Below are positions 48,816-62,909 of a DNA stretch of 64,000 nt, piece after piece. The notes under the pieces were generated by a model, which was not told the origin of the DNA, ran no database searches, and worked only from the letters and a program-made list of their open reading frames with translations. Positions within the stretch are counted from its first letter, which is position 1, and each line of letters begins with the position of its first letter. The position numbers and the translations under genes were made by a program. This stretch comes from Euprymna scolopes (lineage: Eukaryota), in NCBI GenBank assembly GCA_053919585.1, contig CM132792.1. One strand, 5' to 3'.

Positions 48816-51800
48816 TATCTACCTCCTTGCCAGAAGACTAGACACAAAATCAGTTGTGGTTTTGTAGAAGTGCACTAGGATAAGCGTACTCTGGCCTACA
48901 AAAAAGTGAATGAGTTGCCCCATTGCTTAGCAATAGAGTAAACCTTTCTCAAAGAGATGCAAAGCCTGAGAGATTAAACTTTCTAAGACTAAACAGAGCC
49001 AGACCTCAGTAAGACAACAAGACTATTGTCACACTGATTTATATCTTAAATCTATTATACAGCACACACTGAACTGTGTAAGCCACGTTGCTGCATCATT
49101 CATCAAATCTTAAGGAGGAACCAGATTGACTTGCTGAATGTGATGGGTGTGACCAGCTCAGTGAAGGTGATTATGTGGCACTACGTTCAGACTGACATCA
49201 GTCAGCCAGGGCACACACAGGATGCGTCACACATAGCAATGACGTGTGATGCAAGTATCATCACTGCGTACAAGAATAAGTGTTACCATGGTGACTGCAA
49301 TAACTACTGTGGAATTTTTCTCCTTAGTTTTATTGGAAAAATCTTTGGTTGAATCGTCCCCAACAGCCTGCAGTTGCTTACAGAGCATGTATATGTGAGT
49401 AACAATATGAGCTTATAACAAGAAGATCAACTGTCGACATTACTTTTGTTTTGCCTATGAGAGTTCCAGGACAAAATGTTACAAACAGAGGCAATTTCTG
49501 TACATCATCTTCATCGACCTGACTAAGGTCTTTGACCTTATCACCAGAAAATGACACATTCAACAAATCAGAGGATGGAGTGAATCTCCATACCAGAGAC
49601 AGTGGTAGAATTTTCAACCTTGGCCACATTTTAACTAAGAACAAAATGCATGACGTAAAATATATGTGAGATGCTTTTTGCTGATGATGCACTGCTGATG
49701 AGACACTCTGCAGAATCATTGCAGTGACTCATCCGTGCATGCATGTAAAAGACTATCTTTGACCAATATGTATGCATCCTTGACCATAACCAAAACACCA
49801 ATATTGAGGCTGTCCAAAAATGTACATACATCGGCTCCAATGTATCCAGGAATATCTCTCTGGACGAAGAAATCACCAAACATTTAAGCAAATTAGCAAC
49901 AAATATGGCTAGCTTGATAAAGAGTGTCTCAAACAACAATATGCAAATCAACAATACTTAGCAAACAGCTCTAGCAGGACAACATCTCAAAGAAAATCAT
50001 CTTTGATCAGGCAAATAACCCGTCCATGTTTGCTCTGCTTACCTAACAACGACTGTGCCAGGCAAAAAGATACTGAGAAGAGCCGAAAGGCTCTTCTTTA
50101 TAGTAAGATCATATTAGATCAGTAGGAAATCATGTCATACGCTATAAGGATGTTTGTAAGCAAGACATAAGGGTAGTTGGCATCGACCCAGCAGGCTGGG
50201 AGTTTGCAGCTGCTGAAGAAGATCTGTAAAGACACATTCCAAGAGGAGTGAAAAGAGGAGAGACCAGCAGAGGAGAGAAAACACATATTGCACAGATTGA
50301 ACTCTTACATCTGTGGCATATGTAACTCAGCCTGTTAATCCAAGATAGGCTTGCACATTTCAGAAGATGCTGCAATGCACCAACGGACCAATCTGAGGTG
50401 CAGAACACCATTGTCTTCTGAAACAGATGGATGCAAACAAAAATGCTTGATGACGTTCTGTCATATCCGTCCACAAGACAAGGTTGGGAATATGGACATG
50501 ACCTAATCAACTGAGAAAAAAGTGGATGTTACAAATTCAGTTCGATTTAGAGATGAGTCTAAAAAAATGTGATTAAAACAAGAAATAACGATGCAGAAGA
50601 GCAACAGATTCAACTCATTTATTTACATATTAAATTATATTCCTCACATGTTGAACTTATTAATTCAACTCATTAAAGATGTGGGGGGGGGTTGAACTCT
50701 TTGCTGACAATTCATATATCTCCCATTTCCAAAACTATATAATGTGTAATGCTGCTTTGTGGTAGATATTAATATTATGTGGATAGTGCAGCATCAGTAG
50801 GATTGAGAAATAGAAAATCTACAAAGCAAAAAATAAAAATCTGAATAAGACAGCAAACAACAAAACAACCAAAAAACGGTAATTAGTTAAACAATGGAAT
50901 ATATTTGTTTCTTTGTGTTTTTACTATGTTCTTTGCCCCATATATAAATTTATCATTTCCTTTAAAAATGGTATTGCCTATAGAAATGGTATTGCCTATG
51001 CAAACATGAATGTACACCCGAAACAATATTATACATAGCAAATTTTTTAATATATGCGATTTCTTCTTAAATACAAGCTCACTGATGTGTTTGCTGTTTG
51101 TGATATGCAACTTTCGTAGAACAGTTTTTGAAGTTTCAACCTTGGTCCTATCATCGCATTTGTTATGATGTGCGACCAGATCAACGTTGAGTGTCACCAC
51201 TGCTACTACAGTGAACATTTAAAACGGCAGTTGTCGCCAGTGTTACTATATAAATGAAACTAGGTTTTTCTAACCTCAACGTAAACAAAATATTAAAACA
51301 GGTATCAAAATCAGCATTAAAACGAAGTCGAATATAAAAATTAATAATATTGGTTTTTATTTAATATAGCAAGGAATAATGAATCATGCTTTTATTGTTT
51401 ACGTATTTTAATGTATTTTTAAAACAGCCTGATAAGGTTTAGATTAAAATATGCAGTAAAGAACAAGAGAGAGAAATCTTTCTCTGACTGAGGCAGAATG
51501 TCATTTTTGCAGAATACATGTCTCTTTCTTTTTTTTTAGGTAAAGCAAGATAAAGTTTGTTATTTTAATCGGTTCCATGAATATATCTGATGCAATGCAG
51601 AGTTATATATTTTCTTTTGGTAATTAATCCAGGTAGATTTACGGGGTCCAGGTGTAAGAGGCACAAAATCATAATAATGGTTTTAACGTCGGGAGACAGA
51701 GCAAGGTTTGTGTGCTTGTTAACACTTCAACGGAAATCTGACTCGACTGACTGGGTTTCATGCGCAGTGCCTTTTTTTATAGGTGCAGACTGGCTCCAGC

Positions 51801-54800
51801 GAAAAATGTTAGAAAAATCTTTTGGAAATTTGCTTTCTTTGAATGCCGATTGGATGAAAAGCCAACGCCTCTGTCACATAGGGATGTTTTCAACTATGTC
51901 GGTGTGAAAAGACAGAATGTTTGTTTTTATGCCCACAGAATGGTGTGTGTGTAGAAAACAGATGCACACACAACAAGAACGCTCCTTGTCCAGCGACGTT
52001 TAATGTTTGTGGTGAGTCGCTACAGTACCCCACTATTAGACAGAATGTCGATAGGAAAGCAAAAACTGTTACGTAGTATAGTTAGTGAATCGGTGAGGAC
52101 ACTTGATATGTCTGCCTGACCTGGTAGACTGTGTTTGTTTAAGTGAGTCGCCGTTGCTGAAATAAACTGTATGCGTAGGCTACGTTGGTTTCTGACTTGT
52201 GGTATCACCGTGAGCATGTGTAAGGTGTCTGAAGACTACCGTGCACTCCGTCATTCCGGATGAATACATGAGTCCATGTGTTAATATTCTGGGGAACATG
52301 AGTAGTGACATTTTTGTGGGCTGGCTTTAATATTCAGAAGTTTTGACATTTATTCCTTCACACAGGAGGTGTAGCTCATTGGGTATGGCATGTGCTGCGG
52401 TGTAGCTGGTGTGTCCATCTCTCTGGGTAAGGTCAGTGAGGTTCTGTAAACCATTTCGTCAGAAGACAAGCCGATGTCCATTTTAACAATGGATTGAATA
52501 CCGAGAAGCACAAAAGCCAGGCATTCTATCCATCTGATGGGGTCAGAGTATGCTTTAAGAGATGCCTTTAACTGTCGAGGCAAGGCGCTCAATCATGCTG
52601 TTTGCTGTTGGGTGATAAGACATAGTGCATATGTGTCTGCATCCAAGCAGGTTGGACAGCTCGAAAAAAAGATGTGAGTCAAATTATCAGTTGTAATGGT
52701 ATTAGGTATGCCATAACAGGATATCCAATGTATAATGAGAGCTTTGGCGACAGTTTAAGCAGAAATATCTCTAATCGGGAATGGCTTCAGGCCATCTCGA
52801 ATACCTTGTGGGAGTGGACCCATTATGTCTATGTGGATATGCTGAAAACGAGCCTTGGGGGTTAAAAACGTTGCGGGAGGACTCTTGATGTGCCGTTGAA
52901 TCTTGGACTTCTGGCAAGGAAGACAACCCCGTGTCCATTCTCATATATCTCTATTGATGGCAGTCCATACAAAACGTGATGTCACCAATTTCTGAGTCAA
53001 ATGGACGCCAGGATGTGATAGACTCTGCAGCTTTGTAAACACAACTCGCCTATGCTTGAGGGGCACATATGGACGCTCGTGACCATATTACTTCATTGGA
53101 GAAAAGTAAAGAAAATTGCTTGAACGTTAGGTTTAGCGATCCTGTTGCAGTTTCAAATCACCACCTCCATTTTTAATTCTTTCCCCAACCCCTTTTCATC
53201 ATCGATTTCGCTACACATGTCGGAATTCAAATATATCAAACAAAACGCCAATAATTCAGGCAATTGACTTTTTACATTTTAGACAACTGATGCTACCAGT
53301 CACGTTGACCGAATCTACCAGCCAAAGGATTTCCAGCAGTGGCAGCCGTCTTAGCAGCAGGTCAAACATCTCTTATGAGGTCTAAACAACCAGCCCTTAT
53401 CAAGGCTAATAAGTTTTTCACTAATGCGATTCACTACTGCTTGCCTTCTGAGACCCACCAGCAGCAAACTTCACTTTCACCTCTGGCCTGCAACCTCGCT
53501 CCTCCGATCTGCAACCTCGCATGCACCTTGCTCCTTTGCTCTGCAACCTCGCCTGCATCTGGTTCCCTACTGACCATTCGTTCTTTAAAACTGACCTCTA
53601 CGTTCTCAGTGTTGTCCGTTCCTTATCACTGACCCCACGTCCTCAGTGTCGTCCATTCCTTAACACTGACCCACATTCTCAGTGTCCACTGACCGTTCCA
53701 GATCGCCCTGACGGCCAGCCGATCATCCAGACCCAGCGAGAAACCCTAAACCACACTACGTTTAGAGAACCTGCTCCAGCCCTCCAGACCAAGCCTCCGG
53801 TAACATGCGACCTTCCGGACAACTAGCATCCAGATCATACAATTTTTTGCATTTTTTATTTTTTTTTACCACTTATCAAGACCAAGAGGCCACTACAGGA
53901 TAACGGTTAAAAAGTGTACAGTAGAAATTGGACAATATAGTAATGGTTAGTAAATGGAAATTCGGTAAATTTGTTAACAAGTGAAACGGCTAATCAAGAA
54001 CTTGTTTACGTTAGACTTGAATACAATCATATTGTAGTCAGCTTTCTTCGCAAATAAAAGGCGAACCTTCACCTTTAACCAAACAACCTGTGTCGGTCAT
54101 TCTTCTTGCCTTTTTGCTTTTTACTTTTGCCCGTGTCTACCTTGTTAGTTGTAGGGTCGATTGTCCCAAGATAACCGGCCCCGCAACAATCCAATTCTTT
54201 GCATCCTATTGATTTCGCTTGAACTCNNNNNNNNNNNNNNNNNNNNNNNNNNNNNNNNNNNNNNNNNNNNNNNNNNNNNNNNNNNNNNNNNNNNNNNNNN
54301 NNNNNNNNNNNNNNNNNNNNNNNNNNNNNNNNNNNNNNNNNNNNNNNNNNNNNNNNNNNNNNNNNNNNTCCAATAATTAACTTTTAGCTTAATTGAGTTT
54401 ATCTCTATTTTTATCACAAGTATTTTTATATCTTTCAATAAATCAGTTTTAGTTGGATCGAGTTTATAGATTTGAAAATTGTAAAATTCTTTATTTTTAC
54501 TTAAATTTTACTTGAATTGTGAATCATTAATTAATTTAAATTTAACTCGTTTAATATCGTTTAATATATATAATTTAGCCTTTTCATCGAATTAGTAACT
54601 AAAATAATATTTTGAATTATGATGCGAGATGAATTACTTCCCTTTAACCGTTTCTTTAAGTTATTTTAAATAATTTAACTCGACTCTTTTTTTTTTAATG
54701 GCGAAGTCGGTATTTCATGTTTTCAGCGTTAAGTTCTGACATAAAATAAAAAGAATAATTTTTTGTCACTTGATAATGATGTATATATCGGCAAAAGTAT

Positions 54801-56599
54801 GGGCTGAAATCAAATATTAATAATAAATAATATTACATTATATATTATATTCACACATAATCGGGCCAAAAAGCTTCAACTCGCATAAGGCCTGGAGGTG
54901 GAATTAGCTGAGTTTGAGTGAGGGTTAATCAACAAATTTATCAAATATGTAATAAATGTTTTAATCGTTTAACCTTAGCTTAAAATGCCAAGAAAAGTTG
55001 AGAAACTCGGCACCCGACATAAACATGTATTCTAGCTAGTATCGATTGATCGATCGATGCCTTCGTTCAGTCTCAAAAGACAATGGACATTGGACACCCC
55101 TATAAGGTCTGCGTATGGAATTGGGAGGCAAGGGCTACGCAATCTCAAGAGTGACGGGAAACAATGGCGAGATAAGCGAAGAACACACACAGCATCTGGA
55201 AATGCTAAATGGTCAATCACAATTATGAAATGGATTTGAATCAAAATTGATATAAGGATTCTAGACGTAAATGTTCAGTTGCATTATATAATCATTTTTT
55301 ATCTTCGTAAGGGACCATACATAACTTGACTTCACGGAATAAAAACAGAGCCGATCCAAGACAGCAGAGCGAGTAAATACACGGGCTCAATATCACTCCA
55401 GATAGATTTTTATAAACAAAATTGGATTATCTTAAAACTTTACTTCAATTTCAAAGTCGAATATCATGGATGAAAAAAGTCACGTTTAAAACATTTTCAA
55501 TCCACGTAACGTAAAAACCACTCCACGAGCTGACGCCGTGCTAAATAAATTGAATAATAATTTAAAAAAAAAAAAAAGCGTTATAATTCAATTCTGGTTT
55601 GTTAGAGCTTACATTCAAATGTATACAGACGTGTGGAATGAAATACAAACCTGACGTTCGGATCAACTGTGAAACTGCAGCAAAGCTAAGAAGCATTTAA
55701 TCTTTAAAAATATTTTAGCAAATTATTAATTTAAAGCCCAACATCTATTCTGTTTATGTTCTCAGCCAAAGAAGGAAATATTCTTATAGATTAAGGAATG
55801 TAGTCCCTTTTTCTAAGCTGAATTTTTCCCTACAATAAAACACATTCCATGTTTAACTGCTTTGATCGCAAGGCAAGTATATACTACTATGCAAGCATTC
55901 GATTTTTTCGACGGATTTTGTTTAATATGTATTGATTGTAAATTTTGGAAATAAGTTATATTTTTTGATTAATCATGCGTTTTTTTAAAGCTTTCTTCCC
56001 CATTATTTTAAAATTTCTTTATCTATCTTTATCCCCCCCCCTCTCTCTCTTTCTCATATTCCTATCTCTAGCTTCTCCTCTCTCCTCCCTCTCTTGCTTT
56101 CTGTTCCTTTTCCCTCTTTCTCTTTTTTCGACTCACGCTATTCGTTTTAACTACATTATCTTTAATTCCTTCATCCTCCTCTTCCTCACCACTCTCCTCC
56201 TACTCCTCTCTCTCTCTCTCTTTCTCTTTCTCCTTTTTTTCTTTCTCCTCCTCCTCATTCTCATATCATAAAAACCTGTTTCCTCTTCTCAATTTTCTCC
56301 TTTCTCCCCCTCCTCCTACTTTCTCTCTTCACTTCTCTCTCACTCTCTTGACCACTCTCTTTGTTAATCATTTACGGCATTCGCTTCCTCCCACTACTTC
56401 TCTTATCATTAGCTGTTTTTATTCGAGACGCCAAGTCATTTTCTGTTTGAGAGGCTACTCAAAAGATACACGCTACCATAACAAGTAAACAAGATCCACA
56501 GTGATTAACTTTTATTTTAATTAATAAGTGAGAAACGACCTTTTTGGGGGCTATTCTTTCGCAAAAAAGTTAAACAAAAAAAAAAAAAATTATTTCAAA

Positions 56600-57838
56600 A
56601 TGGACGCTCCAAAGATCCAGAAAAATAAGGATCAGGTTAGAAAAAAGAAAGATGTTAAAATGAACGCTTCACGCGTCCAGAAAAAAAATGGTCGTGTTAA
56701 AAAGCCCCTGAATGCTTATTTCGTCTGGTGCAAACAGTTCAGAAAACAAATACGTGAACAAAATCCGACCATCACCATTATTGAAGCCAATGCCCTTCTC
56801 GGGAAAATATGGAGTGAAATGTCAGCGGAACAGAAAAAACCTTACTTCAAAGAGGCAGAACTTATCAAGAAACAACACCAATTAGATTATCCCGATTTCG
56901 AGTTTAAGTCGAAACCACGTGTTAAAAACCCCAACAGGTTCCATGCCTACCCCTATCAACAACATGTGGTGTATTACATACAAACGCTGCCAAGCAAAGA
57001 TAGAATGCCTCAGGAATATTTTCATGAATCCACTTTCTTTGAGGTAACAAACAAAGCGGTAACTCAAGAAAATTCTCCTCACGTGGTCGGTACAGATGAA
57101 AGCATCAGATCCACGTTTTCTGAAATGCCATCCGAGACACGCGAGAATCTTTCCAACAAGAACAGCGTATGTGTTCCGCTACCTGAGACCGAACTCGACA
57201 AGGAGTCACCGGCATTCAGTAATGAACACCTATACAAAAGGCAGTCGAAATTCAATCCCGTTACCATGACGGCTGGCCAAGACAACGATAGAGAGGTGAT
57301 GGAATTTTCGTCTACTCACTCCAAATCCGAGAGCATTTCTGAAACGCTTCCTCACGCACCTGAGCAAAACGGGGTTTATTTTCATCCTGAATGTTACGGT
57401 CATGAATGCAATAATAGTAAGTCACAAAATTTTACAGCTTTACCTTTCTCGCAAGCTAAAAATAAACTAATGGAAAAGTTTCAATTCTTAGACGAGAATT
57501 CGCCTATAAATACACCAATATGCAACGCAAATATTTTTCTTGGTGTTGAGAACGATAAAAATACGACGTTTTCTGAAGAAACTCTTGAAGAAGCCCAACA
57601 TCTCACTTTTGTTGAAGATGACATTATCAATGCAACACCAAATACCGAGGAACATATCAACCAATGCACCGAAATGTTCCCCAACACGAAATCTGATATT
57701 TTGAACGATGACGATTTCGAATCCCTTAATTGTCTGGAAGATTTGGTCTCGACTTTCTGCTTAGGTGAAGATTTCCCATCTACAATGTTTTGGAACGACG
57801 AAGGTATTAATTTGGAAGACTTTGCAGAACTGTTGTGA
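56600..57838 (+). CDS. Sox-type HMG-box transcription factor, copy 4 (412 aa)
   Basis: Intact ORF. Start placed at the homologous ATG rather than the upstream GTG (56528). Confidence 0.92.
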   Translation: MDAPKIQKNKDQVRKKKDVKMNASRVQKKNGRVKKPLNAYFVWCKQFRKQIREQNPTITIIEANALLGKIWSEMSAEQKKPYFKEAELIKKQHQLDYPDFEFKSKPRVKNPNRFHAYPYQQHVVYYIQTLPSKDRMPQEYFHESTFFEVTNKAVTQENSPHVVGTDESIRSTFSEMPSETRENLSNKNSVCVPLPETELDKESPAFSNEHLYKRQSKFNPVTMTAGQDNDREVMEFSSTHSKSESISETLPHAPEQNGVYFHPECYGHECNNSKSQNFTALPFSQAKNKLMEKFQFLDENSPINTPICNANIFLGVENDKNTTFSEETLEEAQHLTFVEDDIINATPNTEEHINQCTEMFPNTKSDILNDDDFESLNCLEDLVSTFCLGEDFPSTMFWNDEGINLEDFAELL

Positions 57839-59244
57839 TTTTGTATGTCGATTGATAATGCAATCGATTAATTTGATCACATGATCGATGTTATCGTTTG
57901 ATATCATATGTATATATTTTCTATTGTTCAATTTGTTTAATGTTATTTATTGATTTTAATTTTTTTCATTAGTGATTTTAAAAAAGTATGACTGTCAGGA
58001 ATCTCGGATAACGAAAGATAAACAGCTAAGCAAGCATACATCATATGCAAAAATTTTACCAACGATCAAACATCATTTTTAGAGTATTGATTTATTTAAC
58101 GAGCAGTTTTAACAAGTTTGTTGTTACAATAATAATAAACATAATCGGATGTGTGTGTGTTAATTTAAAACGAAACGAAACCAACGACTATACATTAAAC
58201 GTACAGAAACAGTAGATACATACGAAAGAAACACTTTATAAATTAGTTTCTCGTTATTTTGTTTATTAATTATTGAATTTCTTTTTTTAATAATTCTGTA
58301 AAATAAACTTTATTGAAATAAAATGTTTCATGTAACGTTAAATTTGTTTGTTTATTTATTGCAAAATGTAAGTTTCATCCGACAAGGCCGGATTAAGCTT
58401 ACAGAGAGACATTTTTTTCGTTTTCTGTCCTCGATGTTTTCACATGCGACAAATGTAAAATTTCCTGTGATTTTGAACTTTCTTGATTGAAGCAATTTCG
58501 TTCCGGTTCATTTAACTTTCCCATTTTTTCGTTTCAACAATGTTAAATTATTTTTATTCTTGATTATTAACATTTTCGGAACACTTATCTATGGGCAGTT
58601 TTTATCCAACTTCAATTTTATTTATATACACTTTTTCTTATCACTTGAAATTTGGTGCATGTTGCCAGTGTGAGTGAGAAATGTTCAAACATTGCGCTCT
58701 ACAATATAAGCACAAATTTTATAACCTAATTCTAAACCTACCCTGTACCTTACTCTAAATTGCAGTCGTGGTTAGTGGTAAAAAAATGTTAACTACCCCA
58801 AAATGCAAGAATGGCATTTACATTGAATTCAGACTAAAATGACTCCAGTCAAGAAAGTTCAAAACGGTCAGATTCATTATGTAGCCTGAATCAAAATAAG
58901 AGGTCATTTAAGGAGACTGTGATATTTTGGTCACAGCTCGTTAAATAAGTCGCTATGATAAATAGAGATAAAAGATACCTTTGTAAACAGTACAATCCCC
59001 ACGGTGGTCCCTAAGTACTGGGTGGGACAGAGCAACTTCTTATTTAAATAATTTAAGTCATTTAAATAAGCAAGTTGCTCTGCCTCACCCTGTATAATGT
59101 TAACCAAGGTAAACATCAAAACAACCAATGTCATTCATTGTTGGATCAAAATTTGTTATATATATATATAACGTAATAATCAGTAATAAATATATAATTT
59201 CTCATATTTAATATTGATAATTATGTTTATATAGGAAAAGGCTG

Positions 59245-60596
59245 TAAGCACCGCCAAAACTGTGGGGGCAGGTAAGTACTTTTTGACGGACCGTCTTTTT
59301 AAAAATCTACCAAAAATCAGATAATTATCCGATCAATACGAAATTTTCAGCGATTATTAGGAGAAGAATGAACTTTATAACAGTGTACTTATTTTTCATA
59401 AACGATACTTATATATATATATTTTTTTTTGCTTACAAACCCCCCCTTGTTTTGAAGTGGTACAAATATGCTTAAAATAATCATCTGAAACTGAACACAA
59501 CATATTGTGTTGTTGTAAGGGACAGAATTATAGATTAAAAAAAAAATAAATGAATTGTTTGCATACCTTATTTGGACGTTTGAATATCAGAACTTCGATT
59601 GTGTTTAATTATCCCGCTTTTGAGTTTTAAGTGTGAAATTCGGTGAATATGTTAAGTAAAATAATTAATTTAAGTTAAGCAAAACAAAAAAAATTTTTTT
59701 TTAATATTTATACGAAAAAAGGCATTTTAAAATTTTTGATAAATAAATTTACAATTTTTTTTAGCGAGCCGAATAATGTATGATCATTATTAAACAGGGC
59801 ATGCTTTGAATAATCGATACAAAAAAAAAAAAAAATTCGATAAATATTGTGCCCTTTGTGTTAAAAATAGCATCATTTTTTCGATCCCGTTTGAAAACGT
59901 TTGCCGCCTTTCGACTACGGTGCACCAAACGCGCTGAAATAATTTTTTTTTTATTCTGCTTTAAATTGCCCCTCCCCCCATTTTGGGGAGCCTGGCCCCC
60001 ACACACATACACATTAAAAACCAAACTCATACAAATGGTCACCCATCTGGTACTGGCCAGCCTCAGCTTAATAATACATTGAAATTTTCGTCACTGAAAA
60101 ATAAGTTTTTTTGGCCTGTTTGGTCTTCCATAGTTTTCTTCTTATCAAACGCAAACGTAAACAGAGTCGATCTAGACTCTAGATCGACGCAAAATATCTG
60201 GTTACCTATATGAATAAGTGGCATTATTTGAAATTTAGGTACTTATATTATAATATTTTTGCATATTCTCTTAGAAAATCATCCTAAATCTTAGTTAGAC
60301 AATAAATAAATAAATGAATTATTTTAAAAACCTTTTTTTTTTTTAAATATTTATGTACGTTTTTTGTGCAAGACAAAAAATGTCAATTGTAAACTTTTTG
60401 GGAAATTTTAACATTTAAAATTTAATTAAAAATAGTAGAAAAAGTTTTACATTATTCTGTTTTCTATATGATAAAATTCAGGGTTTTATCTTTCTGGAAA
60501 AAAAAAGTTACTCAGAAATAATGGAGTTTAATAAATGTAATTTCGTTTTAAAAAACAACAACAACTTGATTTTGCGGCCATTTTTGGCGGTGCCTA
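59245..60596. mobile_element. Full-length copy of the same TIR element, unit 4
   Basis: Same TIRs and interior as 18390-19740. Confidence 0.8.
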
Positions 60597-62545
60597 GGCT
60601 AATGTATTAAAGGCTAAATAAAATATTTACTTGGAAATGGTTGATGGATAAAAAAATAGATTTTAGAAAAATAAATCTGATTTCTTGATGTCATCCATTT
60701 GCAAGTAAATATATCTACTTAGAAAGCACTTTAATTAATAATAAATATATAATTTCTCATATTTAAGAGAAAAAATTGTGGAAACCATAAAATGGCTTCT
60801 GTTCAAGTATATGTGTGTGCATCATGTCAAATCAAGTTGAAAGGAGGAAAGAAAATCAAGATGGCAGCGCCCACAACTTTTATAACTAGCGATATCACAA
60901 ACTGACTCAAAATCCCACTGCTCGACTGCATAAAATTAGGCTTCATAGAGAACGCAGACTGACGGTTGTATGAGAATCCTTGGAGAATGTTGTTACTGAG
61001 TCACTTTGTTTTCTTGCTTTTTTTTTTGCTTGCTTTTTTTTTTTTTTTTGTACTTTCGTTTTTGTTGTACAAGCTATTTTTGGCAAATTTTATGGACAAA
61101 TATGACATGAGTTGATTCTTGAATTCGAAAGATTCCTTGCTGATCTCTCTGCTATTGAATGGTTTGAAAAAGCTAAACGTGTTACCAGGCTGTTCAACTT
61201 ATAAGAACCCATACCCAAAAGAGTCTCTCATCCAAATGCAGTTCACAAAAGGAGTCTACACGATGTACAACCAACTCGGGAATGACATACATTATACAAC
61301 AGGAGATGTGAAAATTGGTGGAAGAAGTGTGGGAGGGGCGCTTAGGTTGCAGAGTATAAGGTGCCTGATAGCATTAGAGAAAAGTATGAGAAAAAAATAC
61401 TGGGGCCTCCTGATTCCTTTAATGGCGGTCGTCCAGGAGCAAAGACAGAAAGTACGTCCAGTGCTGGACTACTATGAATTAAATGGCTCCATGGAAGCGT
61501 TCACTGCCAACGTAGAAGTGTGCGCACAAACGCTAAGACAATGATGGTGATAAGGAGAGGATGTGTCACTTCTGAATTTTTGAAATGCTTTTGTCTCTGT
61601 TGCGTCTGCACTAACATTTTTTGGACTTCAGTTTAGTATGCAAGGATCCGGTGTGACTAAAAGATGGAGCAGGAGTTTCTGGGCTTGCAGGTCTGGAAAG
61701 AAAACAACATCCTCCAACGGAAACAAGGAAATCAGATTCCGGAAATTCCCGGTGTGCTGACATGTCGGTGTGTGTTTTCCCTGTGTGGGAAACTTGTTTG
61801 TCATTTTTCTGTGTGTGGATGGTCACAGTCAAGCGCCTGACGACTGCAGCAACCAAGGGATGGGAGGATGACATCAAACACCGCGATTTCTGTCACATAT
61901 TATTGGAGATGCTGAGCAGGGTACAAGAGCAGGACCCTGTTAAAGGAGACTGGAGCAGGAGCGGCAGCAAGATTACAGTCTGGCTAGATGTGAGTTCCAT
62001 AGCTACAGGAATGGCATAGAAGGCAAGCAGTAATGTCATCGAAGTACAATGTTGGCTGTGTCTGACCAATGATTCTAGGCATATAAATTTAGCTGAGCTT
62101 GATGTGATGCTCAGAGTGAGAGGAGCAACTGAGCCCTCGAATTGGTCAATCATTTGGTGTGTATGCAACGGTGGATTTCTGACACCCTGTCCAGGAAGGC
62201 ATGGGTAAATACAAAGGCTGCTTGTGAGATGCTGGTTAGGCAACACTTATGAACCATGCAATCTAGTAAAAGAGTATGAATTGACCATGGTTGAATTGAC
62301 CACCGGTGAATTGACCATGGATGTGATGGATGTAAGAAGATCTTTTCACCAGATTACTGTTAAAGGAAGGAGGATCCACGTCACTTTAAAGTTTTATGAC
62401 CAGCGATGCAATTGCAATCATCATTTGATGATAAAAGCGGATCAGATTCTGAAACAGTGAGCTATCACTTTGGTTTAAGCCAGCTCCATCAGAAAGTGAG
62501 TTAGATATTTGCAGCCTCCTGGGACAGTCGGGACTCCCTGCTCGT

Positions 62546-62607
<62 letters not shown>

Positions 62608-62851
62608 TATCTACCTCCTTGCCAGAAGACTAGACACAAGATCAGTTGTGTTTTTGAGAAGTGCACTAGGATAAGCGTACTCTGGCCTAGAAAAAGTGAA
62701 TGAGTTGCCCCATTGCTTAACAATAGAGTAAGCCTTTCTCAAAGAGATGCAAAGCCTGAGAGATTAAACTTTCTAAGACTAAACAGAGCCAGACCTCAGT
62801 AAGACAACAACAAGACTGTTGTAACACTGATTTATATCTTAAATCTATTAT

Positions 62852-62909
<58 letters not shown>

